From assembly GCA_016185915.1 (NCBI GenBank), contig JACPMP010000059.1, positions 1 to 32,356 on the forward strand: a DNA stretch of 32,356 nt, given 5' to 3'. Below are positions 9,682-18,005 of this stretch, piece after piece. Source of the DNA: Candidatus Woesearchaeota archaeon. GTDB lineage: Archaea > Nanobdellota > Nanobdellia > Woesearchaeales > GW2011-AR4. Position numbers and translations under genes: made by a program. The stretch's first letter is position 1, and every line of letters begins with the position of its first letter. Under the pieces are notes generated by a model. It was given only the letters and a program-made list of their open reading frames with translations, was not told the DNA's origin and made no database searches.

Positions 9682-10155
9682 CTATATCACACTTATATTT
9701 ACAGTCTCTTTGCTTATCGCTTCTATTTTTACCTTTTTAAGGCCTTGACTTGCGAGTTCCGGAAGCTTGCATACCATTTGCTCGCAGTTTGAGCCTGAAG
9801 TTGACATATTGACAGAAGAAAAAAATACAATTTCTGAAATTCCAAAACTAGTTGTTAAATTCAAGACAAGCTCTCTGCCGTCAATTATTTGGGCGCTTTG
9901 GACATTATCCGGGACATTCAGCTCTAATGTGGTTTTTGAGCCTTGGCCTGAATAAAAAATAGTTTCTGCAGCATCAACTATGCTTTTGCCTATTTTTGTT
10001 ATCTGCGAGTCTGTTATTTCCTGGCTTGATTCTTTGGAGTAATTATAAAATAAATAAGCAGTTGGCACAATTATCGCAAAAGTTAAAGCTACCACTAATA
10101 GATATTCCAAAGACGATTGTGCTAAATGCGATTTAGCTGGATGTGACTTTTCCAT
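9682..10155 (-). CDS. archaeal type IV pilin-like protein (class III signal peptide)
   Basis: MEKSHPAKSHLAQSSLEYLLVVALTFAIIVPTAYLF. Overlaps the upstream pilin gene end by 23 nt. Confidence 0.6.
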   Translation of the reverse strand: MEKSHPAKSHLAQSSLEYLLVVALTFAIIVPTAYLFYNYSKESSQEITDSQITKIGKSIVDAAETIFYSGQGSKTTLELNVPDNVQSAQIIDGRELVLNLTTSFGISEIVFFSSVNMSTSGSNCEQMVCKLPELASQGLKKVKIEAISKETVNISVI

Positions 10156-10627
10156 TTATCCTGCCGTTTATTGAATGAATTGGCCTGCTTGGAGTATTTA
10201 CAGCATAATAGCTGAGTGATACCCTTAATTCAACTCTTGTGTCAGCAACATAAGCCCCGCCAGTGCAAGTTGCAAAAGACAAATCCTTTTCTGTTGCATG
10301 AACCCATTGAAATTCAGATGCTCCACAAGAGCCCTGCGGTTGCGCATTTGGTGTGCATGAAATTGGCGGTGTGGCATCATTTGTTATTTGCATTGATTTC
10401 ACACAGATGTCTTCCCCCAGATTGTTAACCAGTTTAAACCTTACCTCGGTTGGCTTCAAACTAAAGTCTAAGCATTTAAACTGCGATGGAAAAACACATT
10501 TCTGCGGCAGGTATTTGCTAAAATCAAAAATCCCAAAATAATACAAAGCTCCAATTGTTACAGTAATGACAATAAAAGCCCATGCATAGGTGGTGAGAAA
10601 TTCCAGCGCTGCTTGTGATTTTTTCAT
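10133..10627 (-). CDS. archaeal type IV pilin-like protein, same family as 16539-17042 and 17059-17553
   Basis: MKKSQAALEFLTTYAWAFIVITVTIGALYYFG. Downstream LPQKCVFPSQFKCLDF...FKLVNNLGEDI aligns with the two tandem paralogs. Confidence 0.75.
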   Translation of the reverse strand: MKKSQAALEFLTTYAWAFIVITVTIGALYYFGIFDFSKYLPQKCVFPSQFKCLDFSLKPTEVRFKLVNNLGEDICVKSMQITNDATPPISCTPNAQPQGSCGASEFQWVHATEKDLSFATCTGGAYVADTRVELRVSLSYYAVNTPSRPIHSINGRINGKVTSS

Positions 10628-10659
10628 TTCGATTACAAGGGAAGGATAAAAGACAATTT

Positions 10660-11070
10660 TTAGAAAATGCTTCCCAAGTCCTTTAAGTTGCCTGAAGCAT
10701 TTTCAAGTTCACGAGCTGTTGCTTCTTGATTTTCTTGTGTCGCTTGTTGAGATTGAGTAGTTTGAGCATTTTGCGAAAACCCCGGTGTTTTATCTGCCTC
10801 TAAGCTTGATTTTGAAGTCAAGTGAATGTAGGTAACAACCGTAAATACCAATACGACAATAAACAAGCCCGCAGCCAGAGCTGCATAGTTATGGGCAGGG
10901 TGAGGAGCTTCCAATAGCCCAAGAGTCTTTGGCTTGGATATTTCATCAATTAATTCATCAACTATTTCAGGATCGTATTCCTTTTTCAATAGCGCGTTTT
11001 TTATTTGGCTGGTTGAGTAGCCATTATGCAAAGAACTCCTTGCCCATTCAACCAATTTTTCGTTTGTCAT
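10660..11070 (-). CDS. single-pass membrane protein with N-terminal cytoplasmic helical module
   Basis: The ATG at 11070 is preceded by AAGAGGT. LVEWARSSLHNGYSTSQIKNALLKKEYDPEIVDEL is followed by the TM helix AALAAGLFIVVLVFTVVTYI and a Q/T-rich tail. Confidence 0.6.
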   Translation of the reverse strand: MTNEKLVEWARSSLHNGYSTSQIKNALLKKEYDPEIVDELIDEISKPKTLGLLEAPHPAHNYAALAAGLFIVVLVFTVVTYIHLTSKSSLEADKTPGFSQNAQTTQSQQATQENQEATARELENASGNLKDLGSIF

Positions 11071-11119
11071 TTTGATAACCTCTTTTAGATTTTGTTGCAA
11101 AACTTATTTAAATATTTAT

Positions 11120-11821
11120 TTATTTCAAACCTTTAAAAGCTTCATCAACATCATCTTTGCTATAATTATGCGTTAGCAAGGCATTTCTTATCTGCTCTTT
11201 GCTGTAGCCCTTTCTCAGATTAGTTGTTACATAATTCTTTAATGTCAAAATGCTTTGCTGTTGAACTTGGCTCATAAGAGCTTTGTGGTCATTTTTTCTC
11301 TTAACCTCGATATATGTTAAAAAGCCGAATATCAGCAAAAGAGGCAATGCGATGTAGAGCCATAAAAGGTTTAATGGGTTTGTTTGTACCGCCTCTAAAG
11401 GGATTTCTAAAAGTTTTTTGTTTTTATTATCATAAATGTTGATGAGTTTGGCGTTTGAATAATAAGGAACAGAGAGTTTAAAAGTTAAATCTTCAGGCGT
11501 GCCTTGAACTTCATCTTTTGTAACATCTTTTAATAATAATGCCCCTGGTTGTATATTAAAATTCATTGATTTTAGTACTTCATTTTCAGACGAAACAACA
11601 TCAAGCCTGTAATCAGCATCTGGCTGAGATAAAGTATTTGTTGCTGTGCCATCAGCCACTTTAACATCAACTAAAGATAATGAATCTGTCAAGAGTTGTT
11701 TTTTATAATTAAAGGTTAGAGAATATACTTTTCCAGTTTCTTGTGCATTTACAATTACCGATAATAATAGCACACATAACAATAATATAATACCAAACGT
11801 TATTTTGTTTATTTTTGACAT
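11120..11821 (-). CDS. type I membrane protein: signal peptide, ~150-aa extracellular domain, TM helix, C-terminal cytoplasmic helical module
   Basis: The start abuts the stop of 11822-14617. C-terminal LKNYVTTNLRKGYSKEQIRNALLTHNYSKDDVDEAF matches the module in 10660-11070 and 6688-7617. Confidence 0.65.
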   Translation of the reverse strand: MSKINKITFGIILLLCVLLLSVIVNAQETGKVYSLTFNYKKQLLTDSLSLVDVKVADGTATNTLSQPDADYRLDVVSSENEVLKSMNFNIQPGALLLKDVTKDEVQGTPEDLTFKLSVPYYSNAKLINIYDNKNKKLLEIPLEAVQTNPLNLLWLYIALPLLLIFGFLTYIEVKRKNDHKALMSQVQQQSILTLKNYVTTNLRKGYSKEQIRNALLTHNYSKDDVDEAFKGLK

Positions 11822-14617
11822 TTAAATCACATTAATATTAATATCAACTGTGTTTGTTCGTGAAACTTCTACAGTTGGCTGCGAGCCTGAAGCAATTATT
11901 GCAAATGCCCTATAACGCCCTGGCGTAATAGGACTTGTTATAGGAGCTGTTTGAAATTCCAAATTACCTACCAAATCTGTTCCTCCAACTCTCTGGTTGT
12001 TCAAGGGTCCCTCGGACGTACCTTCTCTTATAAGAGAAAGATACACTATATGCCCTGAAGGAGCGTTTGAAATCTTAACATTAACTGGTTGTCCAGTAGT
12101 CAGCTGTACTAAACCACTTTGCTGATTGTTAATCCTAAGTATAGAGGTTGGTGTGGGGGCTACTGTATAGAAAACATGATTGCTGTCAACTGGTACTAAC
12201 CTCACTGCATCTGTTGCAGTAATCCATGCTTCCCACTGCTCTGGTAGTCCACCTTCTCTTACTAAGGATACTGGTCCTAGTTCAAAAGTACAAGGTGTGC
12301 CTACGCAGCTACCAATACCGCCATAAGGAACATCATTTTGTCGCACCCCATTTAATTTTCTATTTAAAGTTACACTGGTGCTGAGTAGTCCAGTAGTTGA
12401 AGCAACTGTAACTCTTATTCTTTCGCCTGGAACATAAGATCTTTTATCCAAACTTAGTGCAACTCTATATGGGGGCAATTGTGTGGGTGAATTTGGGTCC
12501 CTTACATTTACATAAAATGGAGGAGATATAAATCTATTTTTATTAGGTGAATTATCTATTGCTTCAAACTGAATTACATGAGTGCCTATACTATTTGCTG
12601 GAAGTGATGATGACTGCTCTATCCTGCATGTTACTTCACCACCAGATGTGGTGGGTAAAGTAACAGAAGGTGTGCACGAGCGAGGATTGTTATTTACAAG
12701 AATTCTGATTGAGTCAATTCCGCTTGGGTCTCTAACGCGAGCAGTAGCTGTAAATGGTTGAGATGGGTTAACAATGCCATCATTCTGGATAGCTTGACCA
12801 CCTTGTGTTATGCCTGCCTCTATAACCTCGGGTGGTGTTGTGTCTTGTGGAGTAGGAGCAGCAGTAGGGGGGGGAATGGGGGTAGGAGCTCTTGGAGTTA
12901 TCTCAAGCGTAACCGTTCTTCTTGCGCAATTGCCTGTACCTATGTTATTAATGCTAACAACTCTTACATTTCCATTAGCATAACTAAATTGGTTTCCTGA
13001 TGCGTACAAATTCTCTGCAATTGTAGAACTTCCGCTGGACAATCGTAGAACTACTCTAGGTAGCGTACTTCCTTCACTATTCGGAGGAGTATCACTACTC
13101 GGTCCAACAACTAATTTTACACCAGAGCCAAAATCCAATTCTGTACCAGAAATTTGAGTTGTACCCCCAATACTTTGGCATAATGTGTACCTCCTGGGAC
13201 TAGTAGAACTATAATCATAAGCAATCCTTGATTCACATAATGGGCATTCTTCAACTGGAGATATACTAGCAGGATTTGAAGGAACAGTAAAGGTTATTCT
13301 TTTCCTAAGTTCATCGACATTACAATTAGAAACACCAATAGGGTCAACCCAAAAGGTATATGTAGAGCCAGGATTGACTGGAACATTTGGTACAGGAGTT
13401 GTTGTTTGTATACCATTTTCACAGACATAATGTTGTGGACAATCAGAAGAACCAGGTACAGCATCAATATGATTAACAGTAACAACTTCGCCCTCATATG
13501 AGCCAATTAACCTTCTGGTATATGTGCCACTTAACCTTATGTTGTATGAAGTTGCACCTGGAACACTTGCCCAAGATAAAGTTACCTCACTATTTGGTCG
13601 TAAAGTAACGGTTGGTGTGTTGATAGTGTTTGGATTTATGGGGCATTGAGGAGCTGCAGGTGGAGCAGTTGGTGCTGCGCCTGGAGCAGATGGAGGTGGC
13701 GTTGCACTTGTCCTTAGCGCACTGCAATCATTGATGTTAAAGTAAGAACTAAGACCACTGCAATCTAAATCGTTTGGGGTACTAACAACTTGAACATTAT
13801 TTCCACAATCTCTTGTTGATTCGATCCCATTAATTATGTCAGTTACACTCAAAGCATTGCAAACTGCACGGCAGAAGCATGGTTTGATTTTATTATCTCT
13901 TTCTGTGTCTGTGATAGGTGTGCGGCCTTGTATTATTTGCCTAATCCTAGAAACCACTAAATTTTTGTCAGAATTTATTTTAATTTGTAATTGAGCTAAA
14001 TCTGCATTTCTCTGTGGTCTAACATTATTGTTTATCGCATTCGCAATTCTTTGTATTACTTCATCAGCTCTAGCTAATATGGCATTGGCTTGGGTCTCCC
14101 ATCTATCAAAATCAGTTGGAGGAATTATTCTTCTTTGAGTTACTGTAACAATCTTCAGTTCTGTTGCAGAAAGACCATCATTCCTGTTTTTTGCAGTGAC
14201 ACTTATAATGTATGCGTCTTGTGCATTTTCTGGGACAAAAGATTCAATTCCACACCAGAAACCTGTTGGCTGGGGACTACACTGCCTTTCATCACTTCCA
14301 CTTATCACATCTCTAAAAGTGGCACCTTGTTGTATTCTTGCATTTATTGAATTTCTATCAACATCTGTGCCTGTTATTCGAGCAGTAAATATAATATACC
14401 CGCCTGCTACAACTGTATCAGATGTTGCAATTTCTATTCTAGGCGGAGGTGCTTGCTGTACTGTTAATCTTTTTCTTATGAAAGATGAGAATCCTGCTGC
14501 ATTCCATGCAGCTCCTTCAACATCATATTCTAATAAGGTTATTCCCTGCGGCAGTTGAGGCACAAGAGTATTCCCTGCGGCAGTTGAGGCACAAGAGGCG
14601 TGTCTAAGCCTGAGCAT
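11822..14617 (-). CDS. C-terminal 931-aa fragment of the giant surface protein (Ig/Fn3-like repeats, Pro/Thr/Ala linkers)
   Basis: Long open frame. SWASVPGATSYNIRL is an Fn3-like signature. The first ~17 aa after the annotated Met (MLRLRHASCASTAAGNT) are out-of-frame readings of upstream coding sequence, including part of the duplicated 29-mer. Confidence 0.7.
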   Translation of the reverse strand: MLRLRHASCASTAAGNTLVPQLPQGITLLEYDVEGAAWNAAGFSSFIRKRLTVQQAPPPRIEIATSDTVVAGGYIIFTARITGTDVDRNSINARIQQGATFRDVISGSDERQCSPQPTGFWCGIESFVPENAQDAYIISVTAKNRNDGLSATELKIVTVTQRRIIPPTDFDRWETQANAILARADEVIQRIANAINNNVRPQRNADLAQLQIKINSDKNLVVSRIRQIIQGRTPITDTERDNKIKPCFCRAVCNALSVTDIINGIESTRDCGNNVQVVSTPNDLDCSGLSSYFNINDCSALRTSATPPPSAPGAAPTAPPAAPQCPINPNTINTPTVTLRPNSEVTLSWASVPGATSYNIRLSGTYTRRLIGSYEGEVVTVNHIDAVPGSSDCPQHYVCENGIQTTTPVPNVPVNPGSTYTFWVDPIGVSNCNVDELRKRITFTVPSNPASISPVEECPLCESRIAYDYSSTSPRRYTLCQSIGGTTQISGTELDFGSGVKLVVGPSSDTPPNSEGSTLPRVVLRLSSGSSTIAENLYASGNQFSYANGNVRVVSINNIGTGNCARRTVTLEITPRAPTPIPPPTAAPTPQDTTPPEVIEAGITQGGQAIQNDGIVNPSQPFTATARVRDPSGIDSIRILVNNNPRSCTPSVTLPTTSGGEVTCRIEQSSSLPANSIGTHVIQFEAIDNSPNKNRFISPPFYVNVRDPNSPTQLPPYRVALSLDKRSYVPGERIRVTVASTTGLLSTSVTLNRKLNGVRQNDVPYGGIGSCVGTPCTFELGPVSLVREGGLPEQWEAWITATDAVRLVPVDSNHVFYTVAPTPTSILRINNQQSGLVQLTTGQPVNVKISNAPSGHIVYLSLIREGTSEGPLNNQRVGGTDLVGNLEFQTAPITSPITPGRYRAFAIIASGSQPTVEVSRTNTVDININVI

Positions 14618-14763
14618 GGCGCTTCTGCTGGATCACCAAATGATGCATCTGTTGTCCTCTTGAAACGGAAATAGCATTTATCAGCACGCTGAGGATTAAC
14701 AAAGCTTATCCTTAATGGTTGGCCAGGACTAACTGTGGTAGGAGTTATTGTAAAGTCTTGCAA
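14539..14763 (-). CDS. middle fragment (second Ig-like domain) of the disrupted giant surface gene, not an independent gene
   Basis: TTG 'start'. ITPTTVSPGQPLRISFVNPQRADKCYFRFKR aligns with ISAAPNPVDLGQSITISFGNPQNADFCGFQYKR in the upstream ORF. Confidence 0.55.
   Translation of the reverse strand: MQDFTITPTTVSPGQPLRISFVNPQRADKCYFRFKRTTDASFGDPAEAPCSGLDTPLVPQLPQGILLCLNCRRE
14540..14597. repeat. exact 29-bp tandem duplication (2 copies of TATTCCCTGCGGCAGTTGAGGCACAAGAG)
   Basis: Read directly: 14540-14568 is identical to 14569-14597. The length is not a multiple of 3, and LVPQLPQGI is encoded twice in different frames. Confidence 0.95.
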
Positions 14764-15635
14764 TGTTGGTGCATTTGGGCATTTGGTGGAGGTTGTCGGA
14801 CCGTTAGCGTAAATGTTGGTCTGTAATCAGAGTATCTCCCATCATTTTTGAATGCAGCTCCTTTTATTATATAGTCACCAGTTGGGAAACTTGATGTTAT
14901 TATACCTGAGCTTATGTCAGAGCATGGTCCTGTAATTGCAGGGGTTGGTTCAAATACTGACGAGTCTGGTCTTTTGTATTGGAATCCACAAAAATCTGCA
15001 TTTTGTGGGTTTCCGAAAGAAATTGTTATGGATTGTCCAAGATCTACAGGATTTGGTGCTGCTGAAATGCTTAAAAGTGTTGGTGGATAAGTACAAACTC
15101 CACTTTGACAAGTGCCACCAGAGCCACAAGGAACACTGCTTATTGGAGATTGACATTGGAAGGTTGTATAATCACAATTTCTCTGGGAAGAAGAGCAATA
15201 ATTTGTATTATAAGGAGGTTCATTTAAAGCAATACCGCTTGAGCAATAGGCATTTGAGCATACACCTTGAGGATAGCAGCCCGTTACACAAGATGGACCT
15301 TTTAGTTGTCCTCCGTAATCTGAGCACTGTTGCTGTGTAAAACATCCGTCTCCAAGGCTATAGTATCCAGTTGGAAGGCTTGGCGAATAAGCAATATAGC
15401 ATGCAGAGCTTATATAAGTATAGCCGAGATTAACGCAATCTTCAGCTGTGCATGGTCTAGGTGTAACAACATCTCTACAAATAGGGGTAGATGAAACACA
15501 CCATCCTGTTGAAGTACATCCACCATAGCAGGGGTTAGTTGTATAACACCCAGCATCATAAGCAAAAATGAAAGAACTATTTAAAGAAAGAGAAATTAAA
15601 ATAATCAAACTCAACAAAAAATTTCTTTTTATCAT
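14745..15635 (-). CDS. N-terminal fragment of the giant surface gene: signal peptide, Cys-rich region, first Ig-like domain
   Basis: The ATG at 15635 gives MIKRNFLLSLIILISLSLNSSFIFA. The track start at 15713 is a TTG upstream of the signal peptide. Confidence 0.7.
   Translation of the reverse strand: MIKRNFLLSLIILISLSLNSSFIFAYDAGCYTTNPCYGGCTSTGWCVSSTPICRDVVTPRPCTAEDCVNLGYTYISSACYIAYSPSLPTGYYSLGDGCFTQQQCSDYGGQLKGPSCVTGCYPQGVCSNAYCSSGIALNEPPYNTNYCSSSQRNCDYTTFQCQSPISSVPCGSGGTCQSGVCTYPPTLLSISAAPNPVDLGQSITISFGNPQNADFCGFQYKRPDSSVFEPTPAITGPCSDISSGIITSSFPTGDYIIKGAAFKNDGRYSDYRPTFTLTVRQPPPNAQMHQHCKTLQ
14771..14786. repeat. exact 8-bp tandem duplication (GCATTTGG x2)
   Basis: Read directly. It lies exactly at the frame switch between ORF 14745-15635 and ORF 14539-14763. 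Confidence 0.95.
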
Positions 15636-16026
15636 CTTTTGTTTGTAAAATGTCGAAATTTTCCCTAGTTTATAACTAGTGACTGGAAGCCAATTTGCAA
15701 GTGTATTGTGCAAAATTTCCGAGCATGCTCAAAAACCTCCAGTAATGTCATTGCACATTAAGCTTCCGCAACATTCCACCAGTCTATGACTAGCGGTTTT
15801 TGACATATTAATTTATAGCAAAGGTATCAATTGTAAGTGCATTATTATTTATTCTCCAATTACAAACTGGTTACCCTTATCAAATTTGCTTCCAAAGGTC
15901 ATTCCAATTTTTTGAATAAATTTTTGTTGTAAATATTTTTTGGAGTCGTTTTGGATTTTTGATGTTTCTACTGTCTTTGATTACTTAAATTGTTTAATGT
16001 AGTTAAAATTTTGTTAAACCATCACC

Positions 16027-16404
16027 TTAATCCTCGGCAAGTGCCCATATAGCTTTTATGGTAATTATCAATGCGGCTGGCAAAACAAATATAGTTATGT
16101 TTCCAACAGCAGTCGCCAAAAACAACCCAAATTCTTTTGGCGGAATTAAAGTCAATCCAAACCTTGCAGTGCCTATCACAATCAGCGACGTTGTTGCGAT
16201 CAAAAAAGGCGTTGTTTCTTCTTTTTTTATGTTTAAAAATCCAACTAAAGTGCCGAGAATAATTAATGAAGTAGTTACAGGCACAATCCATTCCTTAGGT
16301 ACAAGCCCGGCTATAAATGCAAATGCCAAACCAAAAATAAAAATCCAATGGCCTAATTTGTTTTTTTCAATAGTTTGCTTGCTTTTCATTTTAACTTCTT
16401 TCAT
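16027..16404 (-). CDS. small multi-pass membrane protein, unknown function
   Basis: The ATG is preceded by GAGGTGA at 7-nt spacing. Three to four hydrophobic helices. The antisense ORF 16058-16441 is judged spurious. Confidence 0.6.
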   Translation of the reverse strand: MKEVKMKSKQTIEKNKLGHWIFIFGLAFAFIAGLVPKEWIVPVTTSLIILGTLVGFLNIKKEETTPFLIATTSLIVIGTARFGLTLIPPKEFGLFLATAVGNITIFVLPAALIITIKAIWALAED

Positions 16405-16538
16405 TTTAATTTCACCTCAATTTTTTATTAAGCACAATTAATATATCCTCAATCAATTTACTGTTTAAACCTTACTTTTTAAAGTTACAATACTTAATTG
16501 CAAATAAATCTTTTGAATGAAATTAACAATCATTGATT

Positions 16539-17042
16539 TTAAACAACACTTGAGAATACTTCTCCTTTTACTTGTCTTGCATAAGATGTGCCGCTAGCTA
16601 CTGTATTATAAGTAGTAGTCACTAAAACTTTTCCTTTTTCACCGGCAACAAAGCCAGCAGGGCCTGAGTTGCAGTTACTCCATAACAACTCATTAATCTG
16701 GCCTGAATTCATTGTTATTGGGACTGATTGGGGTGTTGAGCAAGAATAAACAGTTGTGCCTTCACTTCCCAAAGTTAGAGAAGAGATTTGTATTGCTTCA
16801 CCGACATTGTTTTTGAGCCGCACTTTGAATGTACCTGCTGTTGCTGATATTTGATAATCAAGGCATTGAAACTCTGCTCCAAAATTGCATCTATTTGGCA
16901 AAATTTTGCTTGGGTTTAATATTCCAAAATAAGCAAGAGTGCCTATCATAATCAATATAACCAGAAAAGCCCAGCCATAAGTAGTAAGAAATTCTAATGC
17001 AGCTTGACTTTTTTTAAATAGCTTATGTGGAGAGTTATCCAT
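16539..17042 (-). CDS. archaeal type IV pilin-like protein (class III signal peptide), tandem paralog A
   Basis: KKSQAALEFLTTYGWAFLVILIMIGTLAYFG. About 75-80% aa identity by eye to 17059-17553. Confidence 0.8.
   Translation of the reverse strand: MDNSPHKLFKKSQAALEFLTTYGWAFLVILIMIGTLAYFGILNPSKILPNRCNFGAEFQCLDYQISATAGTFKVRLKNNVGEAIQISSLTLGSEGTTVYSCSTPQSVPITMNSGQINELLWSNCNSGPAGFVAGEKGKVLVTTTYNTVASGTSYARQVKGEVFSSVV
16924..17006. repeat. 83-nt block identical to 17444-17526 (N-terminal pilin segment of the two tandem paralogs)
   Basis: Read directly. The two copies are offset by 520 bp, and the flanking gene sequence is clearly diverged. Confidence 0.9.
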
Positions 17043-17058
17043 TTTTCATATTTTATAT

Positions 17059-17553
17059 TTATGTAACACTTGAGAAAACTTCACCCTTTACTTGCTTTGC
17101 ATAAGCAGAACCACTAGCCACAGTATTATAAGTTACTGTAACCAACACTTTTCCTTTTTCACCCGCAACAAAGCCGGCAGGGCCTGAATTACAGCCCCCC
17201 CAAGATAAATCTTTAGTTTCACCTGACTTCCATGCAGTCGGCATTGATGGTGGCACAGTGCATGTATATGCAGTTGTGCCTTCACTACTTAATGTTATAG
17301 CTGACACATCTATCAGCTCTCCTGCATTGTTCTTGAGCCTTAATTTGAATCCGCTCGTTGTTGCTGATATTTGATAATCAAGGCATATGAACTCTGAGCC
17401 CAAATTACACCTATTTGGAAGTACTTTGCTTGGGCTTAATATCCCAAAATAAGCAAGAGTGCCTATCATAATCAATATAACCAGAAAAGCCCAGCCATAA
17501 GTAGTAAGAAATTCTAATGCAGCTTGTGCTTTGCCAAATATTCTAATTTTCAT
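17059..17553 (-). CDS. archaeal type IV pilin-like protein (class III signal peptide), tandem paralog B
   Basis: GKAQAALEFLTTYGWAFLVILIMIGTLAYFG, with the shared C-terminus QVKGEVFSSV. Confidence 0.8.
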   Translation of the reverse strand: MKIRIFGKAQAALEFLTTYGWAFLVILIMIGTLAYFGILSPSKVLPNRCNLGSEFICLDYQISATTSGFKLRLKNNAGELIDVSAITLSSEGTTAYTCTVPPSMPTAWKSGETKDLSWGGCNSGPAGFVAGEKGKVLVTVTYNTVASGSAYAKQVKGEVFSSVT

Positions 17554-17558
17554 TAATA

Positions 17559-17771
17559 TCAGCTCTTTTTTTTAGTTTTCTCACTAAGGTTTTCTTTTAT
17601 CTGGAGTAAAACGCCAAATATGATTAGCAATAACAGAGCATTAACCAGCAATAAGCCTATACTCAAAACGCCTAAATTTACATCTTTGAACTGAGATGCT
17701 ATAAAAACTCCAATTAGCATAATTATAAAAACCACTGCCGTAGTTAAGAACTTGTGTTGGGCATGATTCAT
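17559..17771 (-). CDS. small two-TM membrane protein
   Basis: 70-aa ORF with two hydrophobic helices and a Lys-rich tail. It lies directly upstream of, and co-oriented with, the pilin pair. Confidence 0.45.
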   Translation of the reverse strand: MNHAQHKFLTTAVVFIIMLIGVFIASQFKDVNLGVLSIGLLLVNALLLLIIFGVLLQIKENLSEKTKKKS

Positions 17772-18005
17772 TTTTCTCTCTTTTTCAATTTTAATTCAGT
17801 TTATTATATATAAACTTTTCTGTTTATGGATACTGTTTAATCTTCAACATATAGCCAATTTTTTGATAATTTATTGGTTTTGCTATTTATCTTCTCGACT
17901 AAAAACCAATCATCAAATCGTAAAATTTCGCATTAATTCAACAATCTGCCGATAACTGAATAGTATCCTGTTTATGAGAGAATAAATCCAAGTTCATGAA
18001 GTTAC

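Larger units (their letters stand above)
11822..15635 (-). pseudogene. giant secreted surface/adhesin-like gene (reconstructed ~1,258 aa) disrupted by two frame-shifting tandem duplications
   Basis: Three consecutive ORFs lie in three different frames. Removing one copy of the 8-bp repeat (14771-14786) and one copy of the 29-bp repeat (14540-14597) gives 3,777 nt (3 x 1,259) in a single frame. The junctions read ...TVRQPPPNAPTLQDFTITP... and ...DTPLVPQLPQGITLLEYD... Confidence 0.7.

Noticed and set aside
14539-14763. ORF 14539-14763 as an independent 74-aa gene
   Set aside because: It starts with TTG and has no ribosome-binding site. Its sequence is a mid-domain segment continuous with both neighbours once the two tandem duplications are removed.
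15731-15804. 9-bp inverted repeat TCAAAAACC / GGTTTTTGA upstream of the giant surface gene
   Set aside because: It is short and AT-rich, with a ~56-nt spacer, so it is plausibly chance in this composition. It is not reported as a regulatory site.
16058-16441. Plus-strand 127-aa ORF overlapping the 16027-16404 membrane-protein gene
   Set aside because: The minus-strand ORF has a GAGGTGA ribosome-binding site at proper spacing and a clean multi-TM pattern. The plus-strand ORF has neither.
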